A stretch of DNA of 64,000 bases from Eledone cirrhosa (lineage: Eukaryota), in contig OZ024743.1 of assembly GCA_964016885.1 (NCBI GenBank), forward strand, positions 141,298,001 through 141,362,000. Direction: 5' to 3'. This document shows positions 13,271 through 26,289 of this stretch, piece by piece. A program made the position numbers and the translations under genes. Under the pieces are notes generated by a model that did not search any database, was not told the origin of the DNA, and saw only the letters and a list, made by a program, of their open reading frames with translations. Within the stretch, counting starts at the first letter, position 1; each line of letters starts with the position of its first letter.

Positions 13271-14900
13271 TGTTTAGTGTTTGGTGCTTGGTGCTTGGTG
13301 TTTGGTGATTGGTGCTTGGTGCTTGGTGCTTAGTGCTTGGTGTTTGGTGTTTGGTGCTTGGTGGCTGGTGTTTGGTGCTTGGTGTTTGAATTTTGGTGCT
13401 TGGTGCTTGGTGCCTGGTGTTTCGTGCTTGGTGCTTGGTGCTTGGTGTTTGGTGTTTGGTGCTTGGTGTTTGGTATTTGGTGCTTGGTGCTTGGTGCTTG
13501 GTGTTTGGTGCTTGTTGCTTGTTGCTTGGTGTTTGATGCTGCGTGCTTGGTGTTTGGTGTTTGGTGCTTGATGCTTGGTGTTTGTTGTTTGGAGCTTGGT
13601 GCCTGGTGCTTGTTGTTTGGTGCCTCGTGCTTGTTGTTTGGTGTTTGGTGCTTGGTGCTTGGTGTTTGGTGCTTGGTGCTTGGTGCTTGGTGTTTGGTGC
13701 TTGGTGCTTGGTGCTTGGTGCTTGGTGCTTGGTGTTAGGTGTTTGGTGCTTGGTGCTTGGTGTTTGATGTTTGGTGCTTGGTGCTTGGTGTTTGGTGCTT
13801 GTTGCCTGGTGCTTGTTGTTTGGTGCTTGGTGCTTGGTGTTTTGTGTTTGAAGTTTGGTGCTTGGTGTTTGGTGCTTCGGTCTTGGTGCTTGGTGTTTGG
13901 TGCTTGGTGCTTGGTGTTTGGTGCTTGTTGCCTGGTGCTTGTTGTTTGGTGCTTGGTGCTTGGTGTTTGATGATTGGTGCTTGGTGTTTGGTGCTTGGTG
14001 CTTGGTGCTTGGTGTTTGGTGTTTGGTGCTTGGTGCTTGGTGTTTGGTGCTTGCTGCTTGCTGCTTGGGTTTTGGTGCTTGGTGATTGGTGCTTGGTGTT
14101 TTGTGCTTGGTGCTTGGTGTTTGGTGTTTGGTGTTTGGTGCTTGGTGCTTGGTGCTTGGTGCTTGGTGCTTGGTGTTTGGTGCTGCGTGCTTGGTGTTTG
14201 GTGTCTGGAGTTTGGTGCTTGGTGCTTGGTGCCTGGTGTTGCGTGCTTGGTGCTTGGTGCTTGGTGTTTGGTGTTTGGTGCTTGGTGTTTGGTGTTTGGT
14301 ACTTGGTGTTTGGTGCTTGGTGCCTGGTGCTTGGTGTTTGGTGCTTGGTGCTTGGTGTTTGGTGATTGGTGCTTGGTGTTTGGTGATTGGTGCTTGATGC
14401 TTGGTGCTTGGTGTTAGGTGTTTGGTGCTTGGTGCTTGGTGTTTGATGTTTGGTCCTTGGTGCTTGGTGTTTGGTGTTTGGTGCTTGGTGCTTGGTGTTA
14501 AGTGTTTGGTGCTTGCTGCTTGCTGCTTGGTGTTTGGTGCTTGGTGATTGGTGCTTGGTGTTTTGTGCTTGGTGCTTGGTGTTTGGTGTTTGGTGCTAGG
14601 GGCTTAGTGCTTGGTGCTGGGTGTTTGGTGCTTGGTGCTTGCTGTTTGGTGTTTGGTGCTTGGTGCGTGGGACTTAGTGTTTGGTGTTTGGTGCTTGGTG
14701 TTTGGTGCTTGGTGTTTGGGGCTTGGTGTTCGGTGCTTGGTGCTTGGTGCTTGGGGCTTGGTGTTTGTTGTTTGGTGCTTGGTGCTTGGTCTTTGGTGGT
14801 TGGTGTTTGCTGTTTGGTGCTTGGTGCTTGGTGCTTGGTTTTTGGTGCTTGGTGCTTGGTGCTTGGTGTTTGGTGCTTGGTGCTTGGTGTTTGGTGCTTG
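11530..14900. repeat. About 1.7-1.8-kb tandem duplication with internal indels
   Basis: GCGTGGGACTTAG at 12964 and 14665 and ORFs 12385/14086 give offset 1701. ORFs 11730/13543 give offset 1813. Confidence 0.85.
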
Positions 14901-16799
14901 GTGTTTGGTGTTTGGTGTTTGATGCTTGGTTTTTGCTGCTTGGTGCTTGGTGCTTGGTGCTTGTTGTTCTGTGTTTGGTGCTTGGTGCTTGGTGCCTGGT
15001 GCTTGGTGCTTGGTGCTTGTTGTTTGGTGCTTGGTGCTTGGTTATTAGTCTTTGGTGCTTGGTGCTTGGTGTTTGGTGTTTCGTGCTTGGTGTCTAGTGT
15101 TTGGGTTTTGGTGTTTGGTGTTTGCTGTATGGTGTTTGCTGTTTCGTGTTTGGTGCTTCGTGCTTGGTGCTTGGTGTTTGGTGCATGGTGCTTGGTGTTT
15201 GAGGCTTGGTGCCTGGTGCTTTGTGTTTGGTGCTAGGTGCTTGGTGCTTGGTCTTTGGTGTTTGGTGCTTGGTGCTTGGTGCTTGGTGTTTGGTGCTTGG
15301 TGCTTGGTGCTTGGTTATTAGTGTTTGGTGCTTGGTGCTTGGGGTTTGGTGTTTGGTGCTTGGTGCTTGGTGTTTGGTGTTTGCTGTATGGTGTTTGCCG
15401 TTTCGTGTTTGGTGTTTGCTGTTTGGTGTTTAATGCTTGGTGCTTGGTGCTTGGTGTTTGGTGCTTGGTGCTTGGTGCTTGGTGCTTGGCGTTTGCTCTT
15501 TGCTGTTTGGTGTTTGGTGCTTGCTGTTTGGTGTTTGGTGTTTGGTGTTTGGTGCTTGCTGTTTGGTGCTTGGTGCTTGGTGTTTGGTGTTTGGTGTTTG
15601 GTGCTTGGTGCTTGGTGTTTGGTGCTTGGTGCTTGGTGCTGGGTGTTTGGTGCTTGTTGCTTGGTGTTTGGTGCTTGGTGCTTGATGCTTGGTGCTTGGT
15701 GTTTGGTCCTTGGTGCTTGGTGCTTGGTCTTTGGTGCTTGGGGTTTGGTGTTTGGTGCTTGGTGCTTGGTGTTTGGTGCTTGGTGCTTGGTGCTTGGTGT
15801 TTGGTGTTTGGTGCTTGCTGCTTGGTGCTTGGTGTTTGGTGCTTGGTGCTTGGTGATTAGTGTTTGGTGCATGGTGCTTGGTGTTTGTTGTTTGGTGCTT
15901 GGTGCTTGGTGTTTGGTGCTTGGTGCTTGCTGTTTGTTGGTGGTGTTTGGTGCTTGGTGCTTGGTGTTTGGTGTTTGGTGTTTGGTGTTTGGTGTTTGGT
16001 GTTTGGTGTTTGGTGCTTGGTGCTTGGTGTTTGGTGCTTGGTGTTTGGTGCTTGGTGTATGTACTTGGTGCTTGGTGCTTGGTGTTTGGTGCTTGGTTCT
16101 TGGTGTTTGGTGCTTGGTGCTTGGTGCTTGGTTTTTGGTGCTTGGTGCTTGGTATTTGGTACTTGGTGCTTGGTGTTTGGTGTTTGGTGCTTGGTGTTTG
16201 GTGCTTGGTGCTTGGTGCTTGGTGTTAAGTGTTTGGTGCTTGGTGCTGGTGTTTGGTGCTTCGTGCTTGGTGCTTGGTGTTTGGTGCATGGTGCTTGATG
16301 TTTGGGGCTTGGTGCCTGGTGCTTGTTGTTTGGTGCTTGGTGCTTGGGGCTTGGTGTTTGGTGTTTGGTGCTTGGTGTTCGGTGCTTGGTGCTTGGTGCT
16401 TGGTACTTGGTGTTAGGTTGTTGGTGCTTGGGGCTTGGTGTTTGATGTTTGGTCCTTGGTGCTTGGTGCTTGGTGGTTGGTGCTTGGTGTTTGGTGTTTG
16501 GTGCTAGGCGTTTGGTGCTTGGTGTTTGGTGCTTGGTGCTTGGTGTTTGCTGTTTGGTGCTTGGGGCTTGGGGCTTGGTGTTTGGTGCTTGCTGCCTGGT
16601 GTTTGGTGCTTGGTGCTTGGTGCTTGGTGTTTGGTGTTTGGTGTTTGGTGCTTGGTGTTTGGTGCTTGGTGCTTGGTGCTGGGTGGTTGATGTTTGGTGC
16701 TTGGTGCTTGGTGTTTGGTGCTTGGTGCTTGGTGCTTATTGTTTGGTGTTTGCTGCTTGGTGCTTGGTGTTTGGTGCTTGGTGCTTGGTGCTTGGTGTT

Positions 16800-18310
16800 T
16801 GGTGCTTGGTGCTTGGTGTTTGGTGCTTGGTGCTTGGTGTTTGGTGCTTGGTGTTTGGTGCTTGGTGCTTGGTGCTTGGTGCTTGGTGTTAGGTGTTTGG
16901 TGCTTGGTGCTTGGTGTTTGATGTTTGGTCCTTGGTGCTTGGTGTTTGGTGTTTGGTGCTTGGTGCTTGGTGTTTGGTGTTTGGTGCTTGCTGCTTGGTG
17001 CTTGGTGCTTGGTGTTTGGTGCTTGGTGCTTGGTGTTTGGTGTTTGGCGTTTGCTGTTTGCTGTTTGGTGTTTGGTGTTTGCTGTTTGGTGTTTGCTGTT
17101 TGGTGTTTGGTGCTTGGTGCTTGGTGTCTGGTGTTTGGTGCTTGGTGTTTGGATTTTGGTGCTTGGTGCTTGGTGCCTGGTGTTTCGTGCTTGGTGCTTG
17201 GTGCTTGGTGTTTGGTGTTTGGTGCTTGGTGTTTGGTGTTTGGTATTTGGTGCTTGGTGCTTGGTGCTTGGTGTTTGGTGCTTGGTGCTTGGTGCTTGGT
17301 GTTTGATGCTGCGTGCTTGGTGTTTGGTGTTTGGTGCTTGGTGCTTGGTGTTTGGTGTTTGGAGCTTGGTGCCTGGTGCTTGTTGTTTGGTGCCTGGTGC
17401 TTGTTGTTTGGTGTTTGGTGCTTGGTGCTTGGTGTTTGGTGCTTCGTGCTTGGTGCTTGGTGTTTGGTGCTTGGTGCTTGGTGTTTGGTGCTTGGTGCTT
17501 GGTGTTTGGTGCTTGGTGTTTGGTGCTTGGTGCTTGGTGCTTGGTGCTTGGTGTTAGGTGTTTGGTGCTTGGTGCTTGGTGTTTGATGTTTGGTCCTTGG
17601 TGCTTGGTGTTTGGTGTTTGGTGCTTGGTGCTTGGTGTTTGGTGTTTGGTGCTTGCTGCTTGGTGCTTGGTGCTTGGTGTTTGGTGCTTGGTGCTTGGTG
17701 TTTGGTGTTTGGCGTTTGCTGTTTGCTGTTTGGTGTTTGGTGTTTGCTGTTTGGTGTTTGCTGTTTGGTGTTTGGTGCTTGGTGCTTGGTGTCTGGTGTT
17801 TGGTGCTTGGTGTTTGGATTTTGGTGCTTGGTGCTTGGTGCCTGGTGTTTCGTGCTTGGTGCTTGGTGCTTGGTGTTTGGTGTTTGGTGCTTGGTGTTTG
17901 GTGTTTGGTATTTGGTGCTTGGTGCTTGGTGCTTGGTGTTTGGTGCTTGGTGCTTGGTGATTGGTGTTTGATGCTGCGTGCTTGGTGTTTGGTGTTTGGT
18001 GCTTGGTGCTTGGTGTTTGGTGTTTGGAGCTTGGTGCCTGGTGCTTGTTGTTTGGTGCCTGGTGCTTGTTGTTTGGTGTTTGGTGCTTGGTGCTTGGTGT
18101 TTGGTGCTTGGTGCTTGGTGCTTGGTGTTTGGTGCTTGGTGCTTGGTGTTTGGTGCTTGGTGCTTGGTGCTTGGTGCTTGGTGTTAGGTGTTTGGTGCTT
18201 GGTGCTTGGTGTTTGATGTTTGGTCCTTGGTGCTTGGTGTTTGGTGTTTGGTGCTTGGTGCTTGGTGTTTGGTGTTTGGTGCTTGCTGCTTGGTGCTTGG
18301 TGCTTGGTGT
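16800..18310. repeat. 665-bp tandem duplication (95 monomers) plus the partial start of a third copy
   Basis: ORF pairs 16893/17558, 16925/17590 and 17313/17978 all have offset 665 and near-identical translations. Confidence 0.92.
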
Positions 18311-21300
18311 TTGGTGCTTCGGTCTTGGTTCTTGGTGTTTGGTGCTTGGTGCTTGGTGTTTGGTGCTTGTTGCCTGGTGCTTGGTGTTTGGTGCTTGGTG
18401 CTTGGTGTTTGGTGCTTGGTGCTTGGTGCTTATTGTTTGGTGCTTGGTGCTTGGTGCTTGGTGCTTGGTCTTTGGTGCTTGGTGTTTGGTGTTTGGTGTT
18501 TGTGCTTGGTGCTTGGTGCTTGGTGTTTGGTGCTAGGTGCTTGACGCAGTGTGTTTGGTGCTTGGTGCTTGGTGCTTGGTGATTAGTGTTTGGTGCTTGG
18601 TGCTTGGGGTTTGGTGTTTGGTGTTTGCTGTTTGGTGTTTGCGGTTTGGTGTCTGCTTTTTGGTGTTTGGTGTTTGCTGTATGGTGTTTGCTGTTTTGTG
18701 TTTCGTGTTTGCTGTTTGGTGTTTGGTGCTTGGTGCTTGGTGCTTGGTATTTGGTGCTTGGTGCTTGGTGCTTGGTGTTTGGCGTTTGCTGTTTGCTGTT
18801 TGCTGTTTGGTGTTTGCTGTTTGGTGTTTGCTGTTTGGTGTTTGGTGCTTGGTGCTTGGTGGCTGGTGTTTGGTGCTTGGTGTTTGGATTTTGGTGCTTG
18901 GTGCTTGGTGCCTGCTGTTTCGTGCTTGGTGCTTGGTGCTTAGTGTTTGGTGTTTGTTGCTTGGTGTTTGGTGTTTGGTATTTGGTGCTTGGTGCTTGGT
19001 GCTTGGTGTTTGGTGCTTGGTGCTTGGTGCTTGGTGTTTGATGCTGCGTGCTTGGTGTTTGGTGTTTGGTGCTTGGTGCTTGGTGTTTGGTGTTTGGAGC
19101 TTGGTGCCTGGTGCTTGTTGTTTGGTGCCTGGTGCTTGTTGTTTGGTGTTTGGTGCTTGGTGCTTGGTGTTTGGTGCTTGGTGCTTGGTGCTTGGTGTTT
19201 GGTGCTTGGTGCTTGGTGTTTGGTGCTTGGTGCTTGGTGTTTGGTGCTTGGTGTTTGGTGCTTGGTGCTTGGTGCTTGGTGCTTGGTGTTAGGTGTTTGG
19301 TGCTTGGTGCTTGGTGTTTGATGTTTGGTCCTTGGTGCTTGGTGTTTGGTGTTTGGTGCTTGGTGCTTGGTGTTTGGTGTTTGGTGCTTGCTGCTTGGTG
19401 CTTGGTGCTTGGTGTTTGGTGCTTCGGTCTTGGTGCTTGGTGTTTGGTGCTTGGTGCTTGGTGTTTGGTGCTTGGTGCCTGGTGCTTGGTGTTTGGTGCT
19501 TGGTGCTTGGTGTTTGGTGATTGGTGTTTGGTGTTTGGTGCTTGGTGCTTGGTGCTTGGTGTTAGGTGTTTGGTGCTTGGTGCTTGGTGTTCGATGTTTG
19601 ATCCTTGGTGCTTGGTGTTTGGTGTTTGGTGCTTGGTGCTTGGTGTTTGGTGTTTGGTGCTTGGTGCTTGGTGTTTGGTGCTTGCTGCTTGCTGCTTGGG
19701 TTTTGGTGCTTGGTGATTGGTGCTTGGTGTTTTGTGCTTGGTGCTTGGTGTTTGGTGTTTGGTGTTTGGTGCTTGGTGCTTGGTGCTTGGTGTTTGGTGC
19801 TTGGTGATTGGTGCTTGGTGTTTGGTGCTGCGTGCTTGGTGTTTGGTGTCTGGAGTTTGGTGCTTGGTGCTTGGTGCCTGGTGTTTCGTGCTTGGTGCTT
19901 GGTGCTTGGTGTTTGGTGCTTGGTGCTTGGTGTTTGGTGTTTGGTACTTGGTGTTTGGTGCTTGGTGCCTGGTGCTTGGTGTTTGGTGCTTGGTGCCTGG
20001 TGTTTGGTGATTGGTGCTTGGTGTTTGGTGATTGGTGCTTGATGCTTGGTGCTTGGTGTTAGGTGTTTGGTGCTTGGTGCTTGGTGTTTGATGTTTGGTC
20101 CTTGGTGCTTGGTGTTTGGTGTTTGGTGCTTGGTGCTTGGTGTTTGGTGTTTGGTGCTTGCTGCTTGCTGCTTGGTGTTTGGTGCTTGGTGATTGGTGCT
20201 TGGTGTTTTGTGCTTGGTGCTTGGTGTTTGGTGTTTGGTGCTAGGGGCTTAGTGCTTGGTGGTTGGTGTTTGGTGCTTGGTGCTTGCTGTTTGGTGTTTG
20301 GTGCTTGGTGCGTGGGACTTAGTGTTTGGTGTTTGGTGCTTGGTGTTTGGTGCTTGGTGTTTGGGGCTTGGTGTTCGGTGCTTGGTGCTTGGTGCTTGGG
20401 GCTTGGTGTTTGTTGTTTGGTGCTTGGTGCTTGGTCTTTGGTGCTTGGTGTTTGGTGTTTGGTGCTTGGTGCTTGGTGTTTGGTGCTTGGTGCCTGGTCT
20501 TTAGTGTTTGGTGCTTGGTGCTTGGTGTTTGGTGATTGGTGCTTGGTGTTTGGTGTTTGGTGTTTGATGCTTGGTTTTTGCTGCTTGGTGCTTGGTGCTT
20601 GGTGCTTGGTGTTCTGTGTTTGGTGCTTGGTGCTTGGTGCCTGGTGCTTGGTGCTTCGTGCTTGGTGATTAGTCTTTGGTGCTTGGTGCTTGGTGTTTCG
20701 TGTTTCGTGCTTGGTGTCTAGTGTTTGGGTTTTGGTGTTTGGTGCTTGGTGCTTAGTGTTTGGTGTCTGGTGCTTGGTGCTTGGTGTTTGGTGTTTGGTG
20801 CTTGGTGTTTGGTGCTTGGTGCTTTGTGCTTGGTGTTTGGGGCTGGGTGTATGGTGTTTGGTGCTTGGTGCTTGGTGCTTGGTGTTTGGTGTTTGGTGCT
20901 TGGTACTTGGTGTTTGGTGTTTGATGCTTGGTGTTTGATGCTTGTTGCTTGGTGCTTGCTGTTTTGTGTTTGGTGTTTGGTGCTTGGTGTATGTACTTGG
21001 TGCTTGGTGCTTGGTGTCTGGTGCTTGGTTCTTGGTGTTTGGTGCTTGGTGCTTGGTGTTTGGTGCTTGGTGTTTGGTGTTTGGTGCTTGGTGTTTGGTG
21101 CTTGGTGCATGGTGCTTGGTGTTTGGGGCTTGGTGCCTGGTGCTTTGTGTTTGGTGCTTGGTGTTCGGTGCTTGGTGCTTGGTGCTTGGTACTTGGTGTT
21201 AGGTTTTTGGTGCTTGGGGCTTGGTGTTTGATGTTTGGTCCTTGGTGCTTGGTGTTTGGTGTTTGGTGCTTGGTGCTCGGTGTTTCGTGTTTGGTGCTTG

Positions 21301-24300
21301 CTGCTTGCCGCTTGGTGTTTGGTGCTTGGGGATTGGTGCTTGGTGTTTGGTGCTTGGTGGTTGGTGCTTGGTGTTTGTTGTTTGGTGCTAGGCGTTTGGT
21401 GCTTGGTGTTTGGTGCTTGGTGCTTGGTGTTTGCTGTTTGGTGCTTGGGGCTTGGGGCTTGGTGTTTGGTGCTTGCTGCCTGGTGTTTGGTGCTTGGTGC
21501 TTGGTGCTTGGTGTTTGGTGTTTGGTGTTTGGTGCTTGGTGTTTGGTGCTTGGTGCTTGGTGCTGGGTGGTTGATGTTTGGTGCTTGGTGCTTGGTGTTT
21601 GGTGCTTGGTGCTTGGTGCTTATTGTTTGGTGTTTGGTGCTTGGTGCTTGGTGTTTGGTGCTTGGCGCTTGGTGCTTGGTGTTTGGTGCTTGGTGCTTGG
21701 TGTTTGGTGCTTGGTGCTTGGTGTTTGGTGCTTGGTGTTTGGTGCTTGATGCTTGGTGCTTGGTGCTTGGTGTTAGGTGTTTGGTGCTTGGTGCTTGGTG
21801 TTTGATGTTTGGTCCTTGGTGCTTGGTGCTTGGTGTTTGGTGCTTGGTGTTTGGTGTTTGGTGCTTGGTGTTTGGTACTTGGTGCTTGGTGCTTGGTGTT
21901 AAGTGTTTGGTGCTTGGTGCTTGGTGTTTGGTGCTTCGTGCTTGGTGCTTGGTGTTTGGTGCATGGTGATTGGTGTTTGGGGCTTGGTGCCTGATGCTTT
22001 GTGTTTGGTCCTAGGTGCTTGGTGCTTGGTCTTTGGTGTTTGGTGCTTGGTGCTTGGTGCTTGGTGTTTGGTGCTTGGTGCTTGGTGCTTGGTTATTAGT
22101 GTTTGGTGCTTGGTCCTTGGGGTTTGGTGTTTGGTGCTTGGTGCTTGGTGTTTGGTGTTTGCTGTATGGTGTTCGCTGTTTCGTGTTTGGTGTTTGCTGT
22201 TTGGTGTTTAATGCTTGGTGCTTGGTGCTTGGTGTTTAGTGCTTGGTGCTTGGTGCTTGGTGTTTGGCGTTTGCTCTTTGCTGTTTGGTGTTTGGTGTTT
22301 GGTGTTTGGTGCTTGCTGCTTGGTGTTTGGTGTTTGGTGCTTGCTGCTTGGTGCTTGGTGCTTGGTGTTTGGTGTTTGGTGTTTGGTGCTTGGTGTTTGG
22401 TGCTTGGTGCTTGGTGCTGGGTGTTTGGTGCTTGGCGCTTGGTGCTTGGTGCTTGATGCTTGGTGCTTGGTGTTTGGTCATTGGTGCTTGGTGCTTGGTC
22501 TTTGGTGCTTGGGGTTTGGTGTTTGGTGCTTGGTGCTTGGTGTTTGGTGTTTGGTGCTTTCTGCTTGGTGTATGGTGTTTGGTGCTTGGTGCTTGGTGAT
22601 TAGTGTTTGGTGCATGGTGCTTGGTGTTTGTTGTTTGGTGCTTGGTGCTTGGTGTTTGGTGCTTGGTGCTTGCTGTTTGGTGTTTGGTGTTTGGTGCTTG
22701 GTGCTTGGTGTTTGGTGTTTGGTGTTTGGTGTTTGGTGTTTGGTGCTTGGTGCTTGGTGTTTGGTGCTTGGTGTTTGGTGCTTGGTGTATGTACATGGTG
22801 CTTGGTGCTTGGTGTTTGGTGCTTGGTTCTTGGTGTTTGGTGCTTGGTGCTTGGTGCTTGGTGTTTGGTGCTTGGTGCTTGGTGTTTGGTACTTGGTGCT
22901 TGGTGCTTGGTGTTTGGTCATTGGTGCTTGGTGCTTGGTCTTTGGTGCTTGGGGTTTGGTGTTTGGTGCTTGGTGCTTAGTGTTTGGTGCTTGGTGCTTG
23001 GGGCTTGGTGTTAAGTGTTTGGTGCTTGGTGCTTGGTGTTTGGTGCTTCGTGCTTGGTGCTTGGTGTTTGGTGCATGGTGCTTGATGTTTGGGGCTTGGT
23101 GCCTGGTGCTTGGTGTTTGGTGCTTGGTGTTTGGTGCTTGGTGTTCGGTGCTTGGTGCTTGGTGCTTGGTACTTGGTGTATGTACTTGGTGCTTGGTGCT
23201 TGGTGTTTGGTGCTTGGTTCTTGGTGTTTGGTGCTTCGTGCTTGGTGCTTGGTGTTTGGTGCTTGGTGCTTGGTGTTTGGTGCTTGGTTCTTGGTGTTTG
23301 GTGCTTCGTGCTTGGTGCTTGGTGTTTGGTGCTTGGTGCTTGGTGTTTGGTGCTTGGTGTTTGGTGTTTGGTGCTTGGTGTTTGGTACTTGGTGCTTGGT
23401 GCTTGGTGTTAAGTGTTTGGTGCTTGGTGCTTGGTGTTTGGTGCTTCGTGCTTGGTGCTTGGTGTTTGGTGCATGGTGCTTGGTGTTTGAGGCTTGGTGC
23501 CTGGTGCTTTGTGTTTGGTGCTAGGTGCTTGGTGCTTGGTCTTTGGTGTTTGGTGCTTGGTGCTTGGTGCTTGGTGTTTGGTGCTTGGTGCTTGGTGCTT
23601 GGTTATTAGTGTTTGGTGCTTGGTGCTTGGGGTTTGGTGTTTGGGGCTTGGTGCTTGGTGTTTGGTGTTTGCTGTATGGTGTTTGCTGTTTCGTGTTTGG
23701 TGTTTGCTGTTTGGTGTTTAATGCTTGGTGCTTGGTTCTTGGTGTTTGGTGCTTGGTGCTTGGTGCTTGGTGCTTGGCGTTTGCTCTTTGCTGTTTGGTG
23801 TTTGGTGCTTGCTGTTTGGTGTTTGGTGTTTGGTGTTTGGTGTTTGGTGCTTGCTGTTTGGTGCTTGGTGCTTGGTGTTTGGTCTTTGGTGTTTGGTTCT
23901 TGGTGCTTGGTGTTTGGTGCTTGGTGCTTGGTGCTTGTTGTTTGGTGCTTGGTGCTTGGTGTTTGGTGCTTGGTGCTTGGTGTTTGGTACTTGGTGCTTG
24001 GTGTTTGGTGTTTGGTGCTTGCTGTTTGGTGTTTGGTGCTTGCTGTTTGGTGTTTGGTGTTTGGTGTTTGGTGTTTGGTGCTTGCTGTTTGGTGCTTGGT
24101 GTTTGGTGCTTGGTGTATGTACTTGGTGCTTGGTGCTTGGTGTTTGGTGCTTGGTTCTTGGTGTTTGGTGCTTGGTGCTTGGTGCTTGGTGTTTGGTGCT
24201 TGGTGCTTGGTGTTTGGTACTTGGTGCTTGGTGTTTGGTGTTTGGTGCTTCGTGCTTGGTGCTTGGTGTTTGGGGCTTGGTGCCTGGTGCTTGGTGTTTG

Positions 24301-24439
24301 GTGCTTGGTGCTTGGTGCTTGGTGTTTGGTGTTTGGTGCTTGGTGCTTGGTGTTTGGTGCTTGGTGTTTGGTGCTTGGTGTATGTACTTGGTGCTTGGTG
24401 CTTGGTGTTTGGTGCTTGGTTCTTGGTGTTTGGTGCTTG

Positions 24440-25620
24440 GTGCTTGGTGTTTGGTGCTTGGTGTTAAGTGTTTGGTGCTTGGTGCTTGGTGTTTGGTGCT
24501 TCGTGCTTGGTGCTTGGTGTTTGGTGCATGGTGCTTGATGTTTGAGGCTTGGTGCCTGGTGCTTGGTGTTTGGTGCTTGGTGCTTGGTGCTTGGTGTTTG
24601 GTGCTTGGTGCTTGGTGCTTGGTGTTTGGTGCTTGGTGTTTGGTGCTTGGTGTTCGGTGCTTGGTGCTTGGTGCTTGGTACTTGGTGTTAGGTTTTTGGT
24701 GCTTGGGGCTTGGTGTTTCATGTTTGGTCCTTGGTGCTTGGTGTTTGGTGTTTGGTGCTTGGTGCTTGGTGTTTCGTGTTTGGTGCTTGCTGCTTGCTGC
24801 TTGGTGTTTGGTGCTTGGTGATTGGTGCTTGGTGTTTGGTGCTTGGTGATTGGTGCTTGGTGTTTGGTGTTTGGTGCTAGGTGCTTGGTGCTTGGTGTTT
24901 GGTGCTTGGTGCTTGGTGTTTGGTGTTTGGTGCTTGGTGCTTGGGGCTTGGTGTTTGGTGCTTGCTGCTTGGTGTTTGGTGCTTGCTGCTTGGTGTTTGG
25001 TGTTTGGTGTTTGGTGCTTGGTGTTTGGTGCTTGGTGCTTGGTGCTTGGTGTTAAGTGTTTGGTGCTTGGTGCTTGGTGGTTGGTGCTTCGTGCTTGGTG
25101 CTTGGTGTTTGGTGCATGGTGCTTGATGTTTGGGGCTTGGTGCCTGGTGCTTGGTGTTTGGTGCTTGGTGCTTGGTGCTTGGTGTTTGGTGTTTGGTGAT
25201 TGGTGCTTGGTGTTTGGTGCTTGGTGTTTGGTGCTTGGTGTTCGGTGCTTGGTGCTTGGTGCTTGGTACTTGGTGTTAGGTTTTTGGTGCTTGGGGCTTG
25301 GTGTTTGATGTTTGGTCCTTGGTGCTTGGTGTTTGGTGTTTGGTGCTTGGTGCTTGGTGTTTCGTGTTTGGTGCTTGCTGCTTGCTGCTTGGTGTTTGGT
25401 GCTTGGTGATTGGTGCTTGGTGTTTGGTGCTTGGTGGTTGGTGCTTGGTGTTTGGTGTTTGGTGCTAGGTGCTTGGTGCTTGGTGTTTGGTGCTTGGTGC
25501 TTGGTGTTTGGTGTTTGGTGCTTGGTGCTTGGGGCTTGGTGTTTGGTGCTTGCTGCTTGGTGTTTGGTGCTTGCTGCTTGGTGTTTCGTGTTTGGTGTTT
25601 GGTGCTTGCTGTTTGGTGCT
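24440..25620. repeat. 588-bp tandem duplication (84 monomers)
   Basis: GTTAAG at 24463 and 25051. ORFs 24822/25410. Downstream variants occur in the same order. Confidence 0.88.
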
Positions 25621-26289
25621 TGGTGCTTGGTGCTGGGTGGTTGATGTTTGGTGCTTGGTGCTTGGTGTTTGGTGCTTGGTGCTTGGTGCTTATTGTTTGG
25701 TGCTTGGTGCTTGGTGCTTGGTGCTTGGTCTTTGGTGCTTGGTGTTTGGTGTTTGGTGTTTGGTGTTTGTGCTTGGTGCTTGGTACTTGGTGTTTGGTGC
25801 TAGGTGCTTAACGCTTGGTGTTTGGTGCTTGGTGCTTGGTGCTTGGTGATTAGTGTTTGGTGCTTGGTGCTTGGGGTTTGGTGTTTTGTGTTTGCTGTTT
25901 GGTGTATGCAGTTTGGTGTCTGCTTTTTGGTGTTTGGTGTTTGCTGTATGGTGTTTGCAGTTTTGTGTTTCGTGTTTGCTGTTTGGTGTTTGGTGCTTGG
26001 TGCTTGGTGCTTGGTGTTTGGTGCTTGGTGCTTGGTGCTTGGTGTTTGGCGTTTGCTGTTTGCTGTTTGCTGTTTGGTGTTTGCTGTTTGGTGTTTGCTG
26101 TTTGGTGTTTGGTGCTTGGTGCTTGGTGGCTGGTGTTTGGTGCTTGGTGTTTGGATTTTGGTCCTTGGTGCTTGGTGCCTGGTGTTTCGTGCTTGGTGCT
26201 TGGTGCTTGGTGTTTGGTGTTTGGTGCTTGGTGTTTGGTGTTTGGTATTTGGTGCTTGGTGCTTGGTGCTTGGTGTTTGGTGCTTGGTG

